From Lama glama (Eukaryota): 64,000 nucleotides of DNA. This document shows, one piece after another, positions 27,075 to 39,400 of this stretch. Position 1 is the first letter of the stretch; every line of letters starts with the position of its first letter. The stretch spans positions 53,446,001 to 53,510,000 of the forward strand of contig CM052816.1 in NCBI GenBank assembly GCA_028534125.1, read 5' to 3'. Made by a program: the position numbers and the translations under genes. The notes under the pieces were generated by a model that saw only the letters and a list, made by a program, of their open reading frames with translations, made no database searches and was not told the origin of the DNA.

Positions 27075-27887
27075 GGGGCAGGAGCCCATGGCTCTGACAC
27101 GTGCATCAGGCTTTCTCTTTGCCCACCTTGTGTAGCAGCTCTTACAGGTGAGAAGCTGGGGAACATGGGGTTGGGGTGTCTCTTCTTAGGGATGGGGACC
27201 TAAAGCCATCTGTGTTCCCAGCCTTGCCAGCACTTGGCTTTCGTTTTTAAGTGCCTTGGTCTTCTGACACATACTCTCTTCTTCTGAGTTCATCTCTGTT
27301 TATGAGGCCTTGCTGTTGATAGAAGCTGTAACAATAAGCCCCCGTTCCCGGAAAGGGAGTGCTGGGTCCCGTGAACAAGTGTGAGGGTTCAGACCTTAGA
27401 ATGGGGTTTTTCTCTCTGACCGGCTTGAAGTGTGGGTCAGCGCCGAGCTGGTCCAGGCTGCAGTGAGGAAGGCTCACTGGTCTCCTCCTCCCGCGGGTAC
27501 GTTCCTGCGCCGTTGTTAGGCCGGGTCAGTACTGGGGCCAAGGCCTTGCATGCGTTTAGGGGCGGTGTTGTGTGCACGTACCCGAAGCCGCCGGCAGCTG
27601 TGTGTTGAACTTGCTTTTCCTAGAAGAGTGTGCATTAAGCTCATTTGTTTTCAAAACACATTTTGAATCCTAAATATCTGGGGAATTCCTCTAGTTAATA
27701 AATGAAGGAGGCGTAAACCTGTCTACAGCTTTGAGTCTGGCATTCTTGTCAGGGTTGAAAAATGCTGGGTAGCTTGATCTCTGGCTGTGAAATCACCGAC
27801 GTGGACGGTGTTTAATGAACTTGGCATGGATGCAGTGTGCAAATCTGTCTTGCTGATTTTTTAGATGTTAAAAAAATCTGACATTAC

Positions 27888-27889
<2 letters not shown>

Positions 27890-27925
<36 letters not shown>
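27890..27925. repeat. (TG)17 microsatellite
   Basis: Direct read. Confidence 0.95.
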
Positions 27926-27927
<2 letters not shown>

Positions 27928-29010
27928 CTGTGCATTCCTGTTCATACAGTAGTTTCTGGGTTTTAAATATTATAAATAAGGCACTAGAGACGGGAGATTT
28001 TTGATATATAAACAGAGTTATAAAGAGCCATGTTTGTGAACACTCACTAGTACGTTTTGTTCTTCATTTCTTGTGTGTTCAATACATAAAGCCATAGCCC
28101 CTTTCCAGATCCTTCTCCAGGCTCTCTGGCTTTCAAGAAGTATGTACGGTGGACACACAGACAGGGCAGTGCAGACCTCAAGGCTGCAGGTCATCCCTTT
28201 CATTGTGAAAAGCCAGCATCAGTGTAAGTGAAGTAATAAAAAACAGTGAGTTTGAATATTTTAGTGATGCACTTAGAAACATGAACACAGCTTACAATAG
28301 ACTTTGTTCCTTGAAATCATTCAAACACTTTTTGAAATTCTGCTACTGCTTAGCAATGTTTGTTAGACACAGAAGTGACCTCAGTGAGAATATAGAAGGT
28401 TTAAAAAAAAAAAGTTAGCAACGACTAGCATTGTCTTGGTCCCTGGGTAAATCCCAAATTCGGTCTTGGCTTTTAAGGATACAGATTGTCTTACATCGTT
28501 AGACTCAGTTCACTGATAATATCGTTTAGTGGGGTAATTAAAAATGTGTCATTCTGCTGGGAGCTTTGTTGGCACAGCCTGTGGCCGCTGAGAGCTTTGT
28601 GATGTGCGTGGGCTGTTTGTTTTGATGGGGTACTGGGTGAAGGTCGCTGCTGCTGTGAGCTGCTCCTGCCCTCTGCCCTCTGGGAAGTTCCTGGGTTGGA
28701 GTTTGGGCTGGCACCCCTCTCTGAGTCACACAGCTGGCCTGTCCCCTGGGCCATGTTGGGATGAGGTTTCCACCACACTTGTGTTCACACCCGTCTCCTC
28801 CTCAACGGCCGCTTGGAGACTTGGCACCGAGGCTCAGCTTGAACATTAACCGCTCCCGTAGCGCTAATGGGTCAGGTTTTCAGGGCCAGTGGAGGTGCAA
28901 GGGGAGGAAATCGTGTTTGCCATTCTTTAACTCCCTGTGATTGTTTCCAGATTAACATTTTTGTCTAATACTAATCACAGAGTTTATAAGATGATACTAT
29001 ACTGCAGTTT

Positions 29011-29045
<35 letters not shown>
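29011..29045. repeat. (TA)n/(TATG)n microsatellite
   Basis: Direct read. Confidence 0.9.
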
Positions 29046-29647
29046 TTATAATAGGCATGGTTTAAAACGAGCTGATACCTAACTTAACTTTATTTTTAAA
29101 GTGACAGGTGTTCTCATGAGCTGATGAAGCTCTTCCTCATAGAAGCCACTGGTTTTCACCCTAACGCTCCGCATGTTGTTCATCGTCTCTGAAATGACTG
29201 CATTCCTAGAGGGAATATTCGGATTCTCGTGGTGGAGGTGGCCTGAAAACAGTTCTCGTGTGCTCATGGCCGTTTGTCTGCCTGTGACTCGCCCCTTCCA
29301 CCTCGTGCCCCGGTGGCTCAGCTCTCCCTCTCTCGCTGCGTTGACTTCCCCGCAGCTGGGGCTGATCAAGGCCTCGGTCATCCTCATTGCCCTCCTCCAT
29401 GGTCTCTTGTCCCGTCGGTGCGTGGCTACCCTCCCTGCAGCCCTGTGGGCTCCATTCCTTGGGAAGACCTGGCCTGACACAGGTTGGAGACTGGCCTGTG
29501 GGCAGCCCCGCACGTTTGTCCTGGGCCAACGCCTTGTCCCAGCTGGTCCTCGAGGTGTCTCCTGAGCTGCAGGTCTGGCCGAGCCTCCCCTCAGGCAGAG
29601 CTCAGAGCTCTCTTCTTGTGCTTGTGAGAAGCACACCTCCTGGTGGT

Positions 29648-29691
29648 GGTGGCACCAGGTGACTGGAGGTGGCACCAGGTGACTGGAGGTG
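29648..29691. repeat. 20-bp perfect tandem duplication ggtggcaccaggtgactgga
   Basis: Two identical units plus ggtg. Confidence 0.9.
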
Positions 29692-30159
29692 CCCTAGGAT
29701 GGAAGAAATTGATGCAGATGAGGAAGGCTGCGCCAGCTCCGAGTGGTCAGGACTCTGTGGCTAGGAGACCTCGGAGAAGCGCCTGATGTGGGAAGTGATC
29801 CTTCTGGCTGTCGCTCTCAGAGTCACTTCTGATGTCCTCATTTACTCAATAGGGACTTTTTCTTCTTTCTTAGTACTTGCACTCGCTAACCCTAAAATAA
29901 GCACATGAAGAGAGTAAACTTTTTCGTAGCAGCTTACCGCAGTGAACCGCACAGTGAATGCTTCTGAGATGGTTGCCAAGCTTTAATGCGTCTCACTAGA
30001 TGCCTTTGATTGTTGTTTAATTTCGGGGTTCTTTGCCGTGTATGTGGTCGGGGATGGTGGAATCGAATGTGACCCGACATCAGAGACAGACAGGATGGAC
30101 AGGCGCTGGCTCTGCCAGGAGCTCAGCCCTCAGAGGAGGCTGGGCTGTTCTGTGGCCCT

Positions 30160-30440
30160 AACATCTCAGCAGTGCAGTGACCGAGCTTTGATTTCCCACC
30201 CGCCCTGCATGTCTGTCAAGGGTCAGCTGTGCCTCTGCTTCATGTTGTCCGGACCCAGCCTGATGGAGAGGTCTCTGTCTGGGATTTCTGATTTCATGGG
30301 AGAGGTAAGAAAGCTGGACAGCAAAGCACCAGCTCGTAAGCTCTTCTTACCAGGAGTGGCACGTGTCACTTCTGCCCGCTGGATTGGCTGGACAAGTCCC
30401 CTGGTCAGGCCTGATGTCATCGGGTAGAAAAATACCGTCT
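30160..30440 (-). mobile_element. Old MLT1-type MaLR LTR
   Basis: ggacccagcctgatggag...gtggcacgtgtcacttctgccc...attggc...aagtc. Confidence 0.6.
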
Positions 30441-32299
30441 TCCTCCAGGAAGCGACAGACTATGTGAAGGAATAATGTAGTCTTTCTCAGGAGCTTGCCC
30501 GGAAGCTTCCAGTCAGGAAGGGACTCTCGTGCTAGTTGATTCTAGCGCCACTTGGTGTATTCCGGGTTTGTGTGAGGCTCAGAAATAACAGGTGGCGTAA
30601 TCCTCTGCCTTTATCGACTTTGGTCATCCTTAAGCTGTTGCAAGGGAACCTGGCTCATGGCCTTGTATCTTGTGGACAAGCAACGGTTCTTTCTGCCTCT
30701 CCAAACAAGGGACTGAAGAGCTTGCAGTTGCTGTAAGAATGAACATCCGTGCTCCCTGGTAAGGGGGAGGCTGCCCAGCTGTCCACTGAGACGAGCCAGA
30801 AGCGCATCCTCTGAGGGTGATTTATTCTCAGAGTTGAGTCACTTAAACAGAGAGCATTTGGAGTCTCCCCTCTGTGACACCAGGGAGTTCACAAAGAAAG
30901 AAAAACTTGATGTTCAAGTTCTTTTTTAAGTTCTCTGCTTTCCATCCTTTGTTACTCTTGTCCATTAAAACTCTCTGCTTTCTTATTGATTCTAAAAATA
31001 TTAGTGAGGCTCACTTAAAGACTTCTATTTTGCCAGAATTCATTATGAATCTGAAAACTACCTTTTGTTTAAAAGGTAACATTAACGGGCAGCTCCTTTG
31101 TGAATCAACTATGCTGCACTGAAAGAAAGAAGAAGAAAAAAAGGCAGCTCTTGAAGCTCAAGTTCTACTTCCATTTGAAAAACCAAGAACCATTGACCTC
31201 ACAGTGCGTACAGGGCATAGGCACTTGGCCCCCAGCTAATAGGCTCTGTGCTGCATCACACGTTAGCATCTCCCATACAAGCTGGTTTCTCAGTCCCTCC
31301 TGTTGGACAAAAACAGAAAGACACATAAAGAAAGACTTACTCCTGAAGATTTTTAGATCATGACATTCATAAAAGGGAAAAAAAGGTTATAAATAGGTAA
31401 GTGGGGTTGAGAATTCTTTAAAAAATGAATCATTCAGAAAATATGGCCGGACAAGTGGACATGCTCTCTCTGGCTGCTGATGCTTCCAGACAGAGTGTAC
31501 AAATGACCCCTCTAGAAATGGGTGCTCGGAAAGCAGGCTGATTGGGTAGAGAGGAGTTGGAGTGGGCATTGAGGAAGAAATATATGACTGACCAGGACTG
31601 GTGAGTTAGAAAACAAACTTGACAGTGAGCACAAGTTCACTGGGTGCTCCAGACCCGAGAGAACGAGGCTTGTTGAGATGTTTTGGAGAGGGGAGCCCCT
31701 GCTTCTTTGGAGGGGCCACCAGGCAGCTGAAGTTACCACTAGGTTCAACAGGAGAGGAGCATCTTGCAGAGGTGGGGGGGCCATGCTGGGGTCAGGTAAT
31801 AACCAGGATGCCTGAAATGACTGAGGTCTGCTTGATAAGTTCCTTGAGGTTCCCTCACATTTCCACTGGCTAGGCCAACTCAGAAGGAGGAGAATTGAAG
31901 AGAATGAAGGCCACATGGCCAAACTTGCATTTTCCACGAGTCCTGTTTTGCCATTTGTAGGATAGAGATTACTGAATACAAAAGCTGACTGGTGTGTGGT
32001 CCAGAGAAACTGCGGGGACCCTATGAGAGGCAAGGTCAAGGTTCTGTCTGTTCTGACGCGTTGGATTCCACATTCTGTCAGCCTGCTATCTTGGACATAC
32101 AGATTAGCATGGACCTTAAAAAAAAATCAGAAAAACAACTAAAAATATACCTAATTTAGTAAATTCCGTGCTTGTCCATCCAGATTATAGAACATGACTC
32201 CCTCATTAGAGCAGACTTCTATAAAATGTGAAGGTTTCAGAGCTCTGTATTGGGCTGTACTTACAAATGTAAAAAAATGCAGGAAGCCTCCAGCACCAC

Positions 32300-32472
32300 T
32301 GACCTGCTCTATCCGGGGAGCTGCCTGTGTTAGCAGCATCCTTGGCCTCTACCCACCAGGTACCAGTGGCACCCCTCCTACCCCAAGCTGTGGCAGCCAA
32401 AAATGTCTTCAGACATTGCCAAGTATCCCCTGCAAGAGGGGAAGGGGCAAAATTACTCCCGCTGAGAACCGC
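32300..32472 (-). mobile_element. MER20 fragment
   Basis: agcagcatccttggcctctacccacc...aaaaatgtcttcagacattgcca...ctgagaacc. Confidence 0.75.
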
Positions 32473-33049
32473 AGCATGAGAGTTTGTGCATAGAGATGGG
32501 AGGGAGGGGAGGAGAGGGGTTTATCTCTGAGGAAAAGATGTTGGCAATGAGCAGGAGGTGTTGAGCATGTTGAGACCATAACTTGAAGGACAGTATAATT
32601 ATTAGTGCATTTGGACCCTATTCTTAAACAGAGTCAAGATGTCTGCCTTTCCATAGTCAGGGTATTTTAGGGGGTGGCCAGGGCAAACGAGAGTTTGCAG
32701 AACCTCCTTAGGTAGCTGATTTTTTGAAAAAGATCACTCAGGGTTCGGAGCTGTTCGCGCCAGTACTGTCCCTTCAGTTCTAACGCTGCTTGGTGCTCTG
32801 AAGAAGAGGTCCCGATGGGTGGGGAGCCCCTCGTGCTGGACGAGGGTTACTGGACAACATGCAAGCCGGTGGGAGCTGGGTGGGGACGGTTGGTTTCCCT
32901 GCAGAATCACTCGTCCCTGTGAGCTGTGCTGGGGACAGGTGGTCTGGCTCTGTCCTTGTGAGCTGGACCACACTCCTCCCCCACCCCCAGCACCAAGGAA
33001 CTGCTCAGTGCAAGCTAATCTCAGCCAATGTGAGACCTCCTCCCAGCTG

Positions 33050-33238
33050 ACTCTCAGAATTCAGTGTGTAAAGAATCTCCTGGGGGCTTGTTAAAAATGC
33101 AGTTTCTGGCAACACCTCCAGCAAGTTTGGTGCAGTGTGTGGGAACCAGGAATGTGCACTTTTGAAACAGATGGCTGACATCCCCCTCTAGTAGATGGGG
33201 GGTGTCCAGGGACCACACTCTAAGAAGCAGCACTCTAG
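33050..33238. mobile_element. MER5A/B hAT element
   Basis: agaatctcctgggggcttgttaaaaatgcag...ggaccacactctaagaagcagcactctag. Confidence 0.65.
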
Positions 33239-34419
33239 AGGGTCTTTCCAGCTTTCGGAAGGCTAAAGCACATAAATTCCACTTTCTTAATCCTCTTCTT
33301 CTTCCAGAAGACACTGGGATGGAGGCCGTGTTGCTGAACCTTTGTGGGACTTGTGTATCTGAGGGAAGTGGTAATAACGAACATGGATGTTGGCCAGGGA
33401 ACTCCCAGTGACGTGGGGGCAAAATGCAGTCTGCGCCAAAGTGTATTGATTACTTAGGCCACGTGGGTCAGTGCAGTAAATTTATTATTAATCATAGGAG
33501 TTAATATTTTTTAGTACTTACTGAACCACAAGTACTGTGTTGAGCTAATCATATGATAATGGTTAGAAGCTAATGTCTGTTGAGCGCAATAAAGTAGAAA
33601 CGGTTTTGATTATTTTACGTAAACTTTCCCCTCGAATCTTCACGGCAGCCTTGTGAGGAAGATGCTGATAGCCTCATTGTGCAGATGAGGGAACTGAGGC
33701 TGGCAGAAGTTAAATATAAATACCCTGTTCAAGGACATGCAGCTGATTTGATCCCGCCTGTTTACAAAGCTCTTAAAACAGTGCTGTCCCAAATCGCTTC
33801 GCACATGGTGTTGCCCGGTGCCTAACGCCCCCTCCGAGCAGGGGCGCGGGGATGGCGGGCAGAGCGCAAGGCCTGAGAGAAGCGCCCGGGAGCCAGGGCT
33901 GACCCTCCTGAACTGGGGTGGGGGGGTGCTCTGAAGGTGGAGGACTTCCACAGGGGCTGTCCTCCTTGCCACAGCCTGCGCTTTCTTGCTTCAAGTTGGA
34001 CCTCCCCAGAAGAGCTGTGTTTCTTTGAAATTCTTTCTCCCTCCCTGACTCCACAGATCTTTTTCTGTTTTCATAAGTTATACATGAAATATGGTTCTAT
34101 TTCAAAGAAATACAGCAAACATTTCTTGGAAGTGAAATTCCTTTGATGAAGCGTTCCTTCAGCTTCCAGGATGGCATCTCTCAGGACAGGGCTTCTCAAC
34201 TGGGGCATCAGAAGCCCCCTGACGAGCTCTTTAAACAGTAGTGTCCTGCCCAGACCAACCTTCTGCCCACTTCCTCAGCCAACTTTGGATTCTTTAGGAC
34301 TGGAGGGAACAGGACAGGCTTGTCCTGTCTGTCTGTTTTTGTCCTTGTCTTTCTTTTTCTGTGCACACACACGCACACACGTGCCTGTGTGTATGTACGT
34401 GTAAAATTACTCTGATTCT

Positions 34420-35130
34420 GAGGTGCAGCCTCAATCATATTCCAGCTGTGATTCAGTAGGAATTACACGGCATTACCTACAAAGGATTCTCACCAAAAAT
34501 GTTTATGCTGCATGTAAACTAGCCTTTAGATTTAACCTCCAGTTTCTCTATAATAGGATAGAGAACGAGTTTAAATGGCACCATGAGGAAATAGACAAAT
34601 CAGATCGTTGGGTATCCTGTAAGACCACTGGTCTGGCGTCTTCAAAAAAAGTCAACTACAAGGGGAAAAAATACGGGCAGGGCAGGGTAGGATTGGAAGG
34701 ACTATTTTTGACTAAAAGAGACTAAAGACACATAACTAAATGCAAGCATGGGCCTTGGTTGAGTCATGTTTTTAAAAACACAGCTATAAAACTTGGGACA
34801 GGGTAGGGAAATCTGAGTGTGGACTGGGCTTTGGATATAAGGGAATTATTGTCAGTTTTCTTGGGTGTGTTAATTTTATTGTGGCGATGTAGGAGAATGT
34901 CCTCATTTTTAGGAGGTGTATGCAAACTATTTAGGGGTGAGATGTCGACATCTGTGACTCATTTTCAACCGGCCCAGAAAAAAATGTCTGAGCGTGAGCG
35001 TGATGGTTGTGAGTAGATGGATGGAACAGATACGGCAACATGTTAACCCATGTTCAGCCTGGGTGTTCACTGTCTATTCTCTCCACCTCGTACCTGTGCT
35101 TGCAGATGTTCATAATGAAGTTGAAAAACA
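34420..35130 (+). mobile_element. Ancient L1 (L1ME/L1MC-like) 3' region
   Basis: taaaagagactaaagacacataactaaatgca...ggaattattgtcagttttcttgggtgtg...gtaggagaatgtcct. Confidence 0.7.
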
Positions 35131-37029
35131 GAACCAGAGTGAGGGAGGAGGTGATATTCCTCAAAACTTGGTTTGCATGGCCTCATTCTCGGGCTCTGCT
35201 GCTGCTGTAAGGGAGAGTGTGGGCTTTTGGTGCAGCTTAGACTGAAGTCAGTTCCGTCTGCCTCTGCCTTTCTAGAAGACTTGAACTTCGCACCCAGGTT
35301 TCTGTTCCAGTAAGCTCCTAGCCATCTGGCCCTGGACAGTTCCGCCTCATGTGCAGTTTCTTCCCTTCTCACTGACAGCAGGAAGCAGTCAAGAGAAGGA
35401 CCCTGTGATGGAAGTTACAAGCCCCGTTCAGCTCTGCTCTCACCTCCCCCGTCTTTTCAGCATTAGAGCTCTGTGGAGAACTGTGTATGAGGACCCCCAC
35501 GGACCCCAAATGTATCAGTCCTCCTGTACTCTGACTGTGGTCTTCCTCTAGGTTTCTGCAGGAGTCCCTAAGAGGCTTTACTCTGTGGACCTTTGTGACA
35601 ATCATAGCATCATTTTCTGAAAGTCAGAGGCTGTCCAGATTATCCACAACCGTCAAGGATGTGGTAGTGAAGCCAGGTATCTTGGAGCAGAAATGTATTT
35701 AGTGGAGAGAAGAGGGCCTGGTCTTTGGTGATCTCTGGAGAAGGAGGAATTACTGTGAACAGCAGTGGAAGCAGTGCTGAGGAGCTCGGAGCTGAATCCC
35801 TGGGTGAACGCGATCTGTGCCTAGGCTCTCTTTCCCCTTTGATGTGGATGTAACCTCAGCAGGTGCCTTTCCCTGCATATGTGACATGGCCAAACTGGGG
35901 TGCTGCACAGACCACAGAGCACTGATAGAAGCCCCTTGCTGCATTTCTAGATTTTCCCCTGTCCCACCAACCCACGGACTTTTCTTAGATCTTTAGGAAA
36001 GTCAGCTTTTGTCATTCAGCCTTGCATATCGTGGCGATTCCTCTTCTAGTACTAATAGGCAGACTTGCTGGTGAGACCAAAGCATCATAGCTCCCTGTTC
36101 CAAACAAAAGAACGAAGGCCTCATTGCAGCCACGCTGGTGTGGATGGGAGAATTTGGTGCCGTTTTGAGGGGGTTGTTTTAGCACAGGTGGACAGGGAAC
36201 TTTATCTTCTAAATTGAAGCAAATGGGTCCCTAAATAATCCTGCCTTAAATTTGGCATGGACCACTTGGCTAATCCTGAATGTGGCATCTTCCCTTCTCC
36301 AAGTTTCACATCCTTTCCCTTCAGAGGTTGCAGCCTATTTTATCCCTGACTCAGAGCTGAGCTGGCTGACCAGGACAGTAGACACTTGGCACACTCATTA
36401 AGATCCAGTAGAGGGGCAGGAATCCAGATCAGCTCAGCACATCGGTAACTTGGCTTTCTAATCAAATTGGAAGATTTTGTAGAGCCTCATTTTCTCCTAA
36501 CAGGCGGGCTCTCCACCGGTGGACTGAAAGTGTCTGTGAGTCTGGTGAGTGGGCATAGCTTCTGGGTTGGGGGTGTGGGTCCTCCTCGGAGTCATCCTGG
36601 CTTTTTTGTTGTTCCCATTCAGAATGACGGCTTTCCTTATAAACTGTCTTCCTCCAAAGCTTTTTATATCAGTAACTTTCAACTCAAAAGGCATTTCTAT
36701 TTGGTAATACTGAGGTGGGGTGCAGTGAGAACGAGTGAGTGGGAGTAGGTTATGCTTCTGGCCTAACACTAATTTATTTTCCCCAGCTGAGCTTCTCAGC
36801 TGTGCTAGGATGTAGGCAAACAGGAAGTAAGACCAGGACCTCACCCTCAAAGCCCACCAGGGAAGCTCAGACACCAGTGACCTCATCCCTCTCTAACTAG
36901 CCTGTGCTTAACCTTTCTCTGCTTCTTAATGGCCAGGTTTCTGTTACCCACCGAGCACTTCTGTGAGTCAAACCGTTGTCTGACCAGGGTCACCCACGTT
37001 AGGGGAAAAGCTTGTAAGGGAAAGGAATT

Positions 37030-37155
37030 GATGTTTACTGAGCACTTACTATGCCAGGCCCTGCATGAGGTGCTTCACAGCTTCTTACTTCTTTCTCACA
37101 ATAATCTTGTGAGGCAGGTACCGTGCCTGTCTCCATATGGTACATGAGGAAGCTG
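37030..37155 (-). mobile_element. MIR SINE fragment
   Basis: tttactgagcacttactatgccaggc...tctcacaataatcttgtgaggcaggta. Confidence 0.7.
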
Positions 37156-37410
37156 CAAGCTGATCACTCTGAGGCTCTGAGAGCCATGTGGCCCGTCCGT
37201 GGTGGGGACACACACACACACACACAGTTGTACTCTAGCTAATTTCCAGGAACTGCATCTAGTATAAGCACAGTGATGTGAGGGTTTTTAAATATGCTGT
37301 GTTTTATAAGGGAGGTAATCACCTCTCACTAGAATGTGGTCCACATGGTGGAGAAGCTTTGACACCTACTTCCTTCTCTCCTGACCCTTCCCTCCCTCTT
37401 CCATAACTCC

Positions 37411-37451
37411 CTGCCCACCCGCTGCCCACCCGCTGCCCACCCACTGCCCAC
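37411..37451. repeat. 11-bp minisatellite (ctgcccacccg), ~3.7 copies
   Basis: Direct read. Confidence 0.85.
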
Positions 37452-38269
37452 ATGCCAGGGGGCTCTTTGCAGTTCTTAGGGAGTTGACATGACCTTGGTT
37501 AATAAGATTTAATCACTCAGAACAGAGCCATGTGCTCAGATGTCGGATGTAAGCTGCGATTCTTTCTGACCTTAGAGGGAGGCAGAAAATGGGGCTTCGA
37601 GGAGCACCACAGCCCATTTCAGGGTTCAGGCCTCTCTGAAGGAGGTTTGAGCTGTTAGAGCAAAGCCCTCTGGTAATGAAGCCATTTGTCCTTGGAAACA
37701 GAATGAGCCCTTGTGAGATCAGAAACAATGGGTATGTTGAGTTTCAGACCTGGGGTGAATCGGAGCTCAGGAAGAGGCACATGTGATGAACTGGGACAGT
37801 TCAAGGGACACATTCTTCACAGGCAAGTCTCTGTTATCAACAAGTCCTCTCGGCGATAATGATACTTAGTCAACGGTCATTAACGCCTCTGTTTTGAATA
37901 AGTTCCCAAGTGAGTCAGTCCTCAACTCTTCTTGGAGCTTTTTTTTTCCTTCTTTGAGTTTTAATTTGTGTAGTTTATTTTGTCTAAAATCACCCTGTGA
38001 GAAATGAGTGAAAAATAAATTTGGGTAGCAAAGTTTTATTACTTATCATAGCATTGTGCCCTTTTATATGCTCCTTTACTTCTGAAGCAAATCCTCAGTC
38101 TTCTGTCTCTGCTGGTAATTTGATTCCTGGGCAGTAAAATTGGGCTGTTGCTACTCTCTACTGGTAAGCAGAAGCTTTTGATGCAAGTTTTTCAAAACTG
38201 AGCTCATCTAGTACCAAAACAGCAGGCAAGGAGTCCTGTAAACTTTTGAAAAGCATGACCAGTCCGTTG

Positions 38270-39330
38270 ACACGGTTCACTGGCAGGCACTTCTTGGTCG
38301 GCCTGCATCCCTGTGCCGTTTAGCTGTTTCTGATAAGATACAGCGGAGCAGGAGCCCGTCCCCGGAGTGCGCAGCAGGGGCGGGAGCTCCGGCCGCAGGC
38401 TGCCCCTGGGTGGGTGCAGGAAGTGGCCTGGCCCCCTCTGTCGTGCTGCCTACAGATAAGGGTAGCCACAGACGCTTCTGGGAGCGTGGTGAGGGAGACC
38501 CTGAAACAAAGGCACCCGCACCGCCTCGAGGGGGGCGTGTTGGCCGGCGACCAGGATTTGCCGAGGCAGGGCTGTGTGCGCACAAGCAGCGGCAGGGCCG
38601 GGAAGGGGCGGCTGTGAGCGAGAGGCTGGCGTCGGGGCCGCCCTGTCGCAGGCAGGCAGGCGCGCTGGGCTGGGGTTTGGGGACCCGCCGGCGGGCGGGC
38701 GGGCGGCAGGGGCGGGGCCGGCGCCGGCGCCGCTAACCGCCCTCCTCCCTCTCTCCGTAGGTGAGGCTGCGGCCGCAGACTCGAACATGGCAGCATGACA
38801 GCCGCGGACCGCGCCGCCCGACGCCGGGACGAGGGAGCCCCCGAGCAGCGGCCGCCGCCTGCCCAGGCCGCCTGAGCCGCCTTCCCGCGCGCGCCCTCCC
38901 CACCGCCCGGCCGGCGCACTTCTGCTGTTAACCCCGCGGACTCCCGACTTCTTCCTTCCTGAACATCAATATGTGTCATGTCATTGTCACCTGTCGCTCG
39001 ATGCTCTGGACCCTCCTGAGTATTGTGGTGGCTTTCGCCGAGCTCATTGCCTTCATGAGCGCAGACTGGCTGATTGGAAAAGCCAAGACCCGCGGCAGCT
39101 CCGAGCAAGGTGAGCAGGGCGGAGGCTACCCGGAGCCCTACCACCCCACGCTGGGCATCTACGCCCGCTGCATCCGGAACCCCGGGGTGCAGCACTTCCA
39201 GCGGGAGACGCTGTGCGGGCCCTACGCTGAGAACTTCGGCGAGATTGCCAGCGGCTTCTGGCAGGCCACTGCTATCTTCTTAGCCCTGGGCATCTTCATT
39301 CTCTGCACGGTGGCCCTGGTGTCCGTCTTC
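38270..39330. promoter_or_regulatory. Intragenic CpG island over the first coding exon, with GC boxes
   Basis: Very high GC and CpG density by eye; GGGGCGGGG and repeated GGGCGG motifs at 38690-38720. Confidence 0.8.
38761..38970 (+). other. LHFPL2: LHFPL2 5' UTR portion of the first coding exon
   Basis: Branch-point-like CTAAC (~38733-38737), pyrimidine tract cctcctccctctctccg and TAG acceptor ending 38760. Confidence 0.8.
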
Positions 39331-39400
39331 ACAATGTGTGTGCAGAGCATCATGAAGAAGAGTATTTTCAACGTCTGCGGGCTGTTACAAGGAATTGCAG
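38971..39400 (+). CDS. LHFPL2: LHFPL tetraspan subfamily member 2, first coding exon (codons 1-143 plus 1 nt)
   Basis: ORF starts [36 protein letters not shown] and runs to [13 protein letters not shown], matching LHFPL2 as I recall it; canonical donor CAG|GTAAGC at 39400/39401; 430 coding nt, phase 1. Confidence 0.97.

Noticed and set aside
29079..29675. Overlapping 198-aa and 130-aa ORFs
   Set aside because: No family similarity or exon structure; expected by chance in GC-rich intron
38320..39195. 291-aa antisense ORF
   Set aside because: Shadow of a GC-rich CpG island and the LHFPL2 CDS; low-complexity Ala/Pro/Arg content with no recognisable domain
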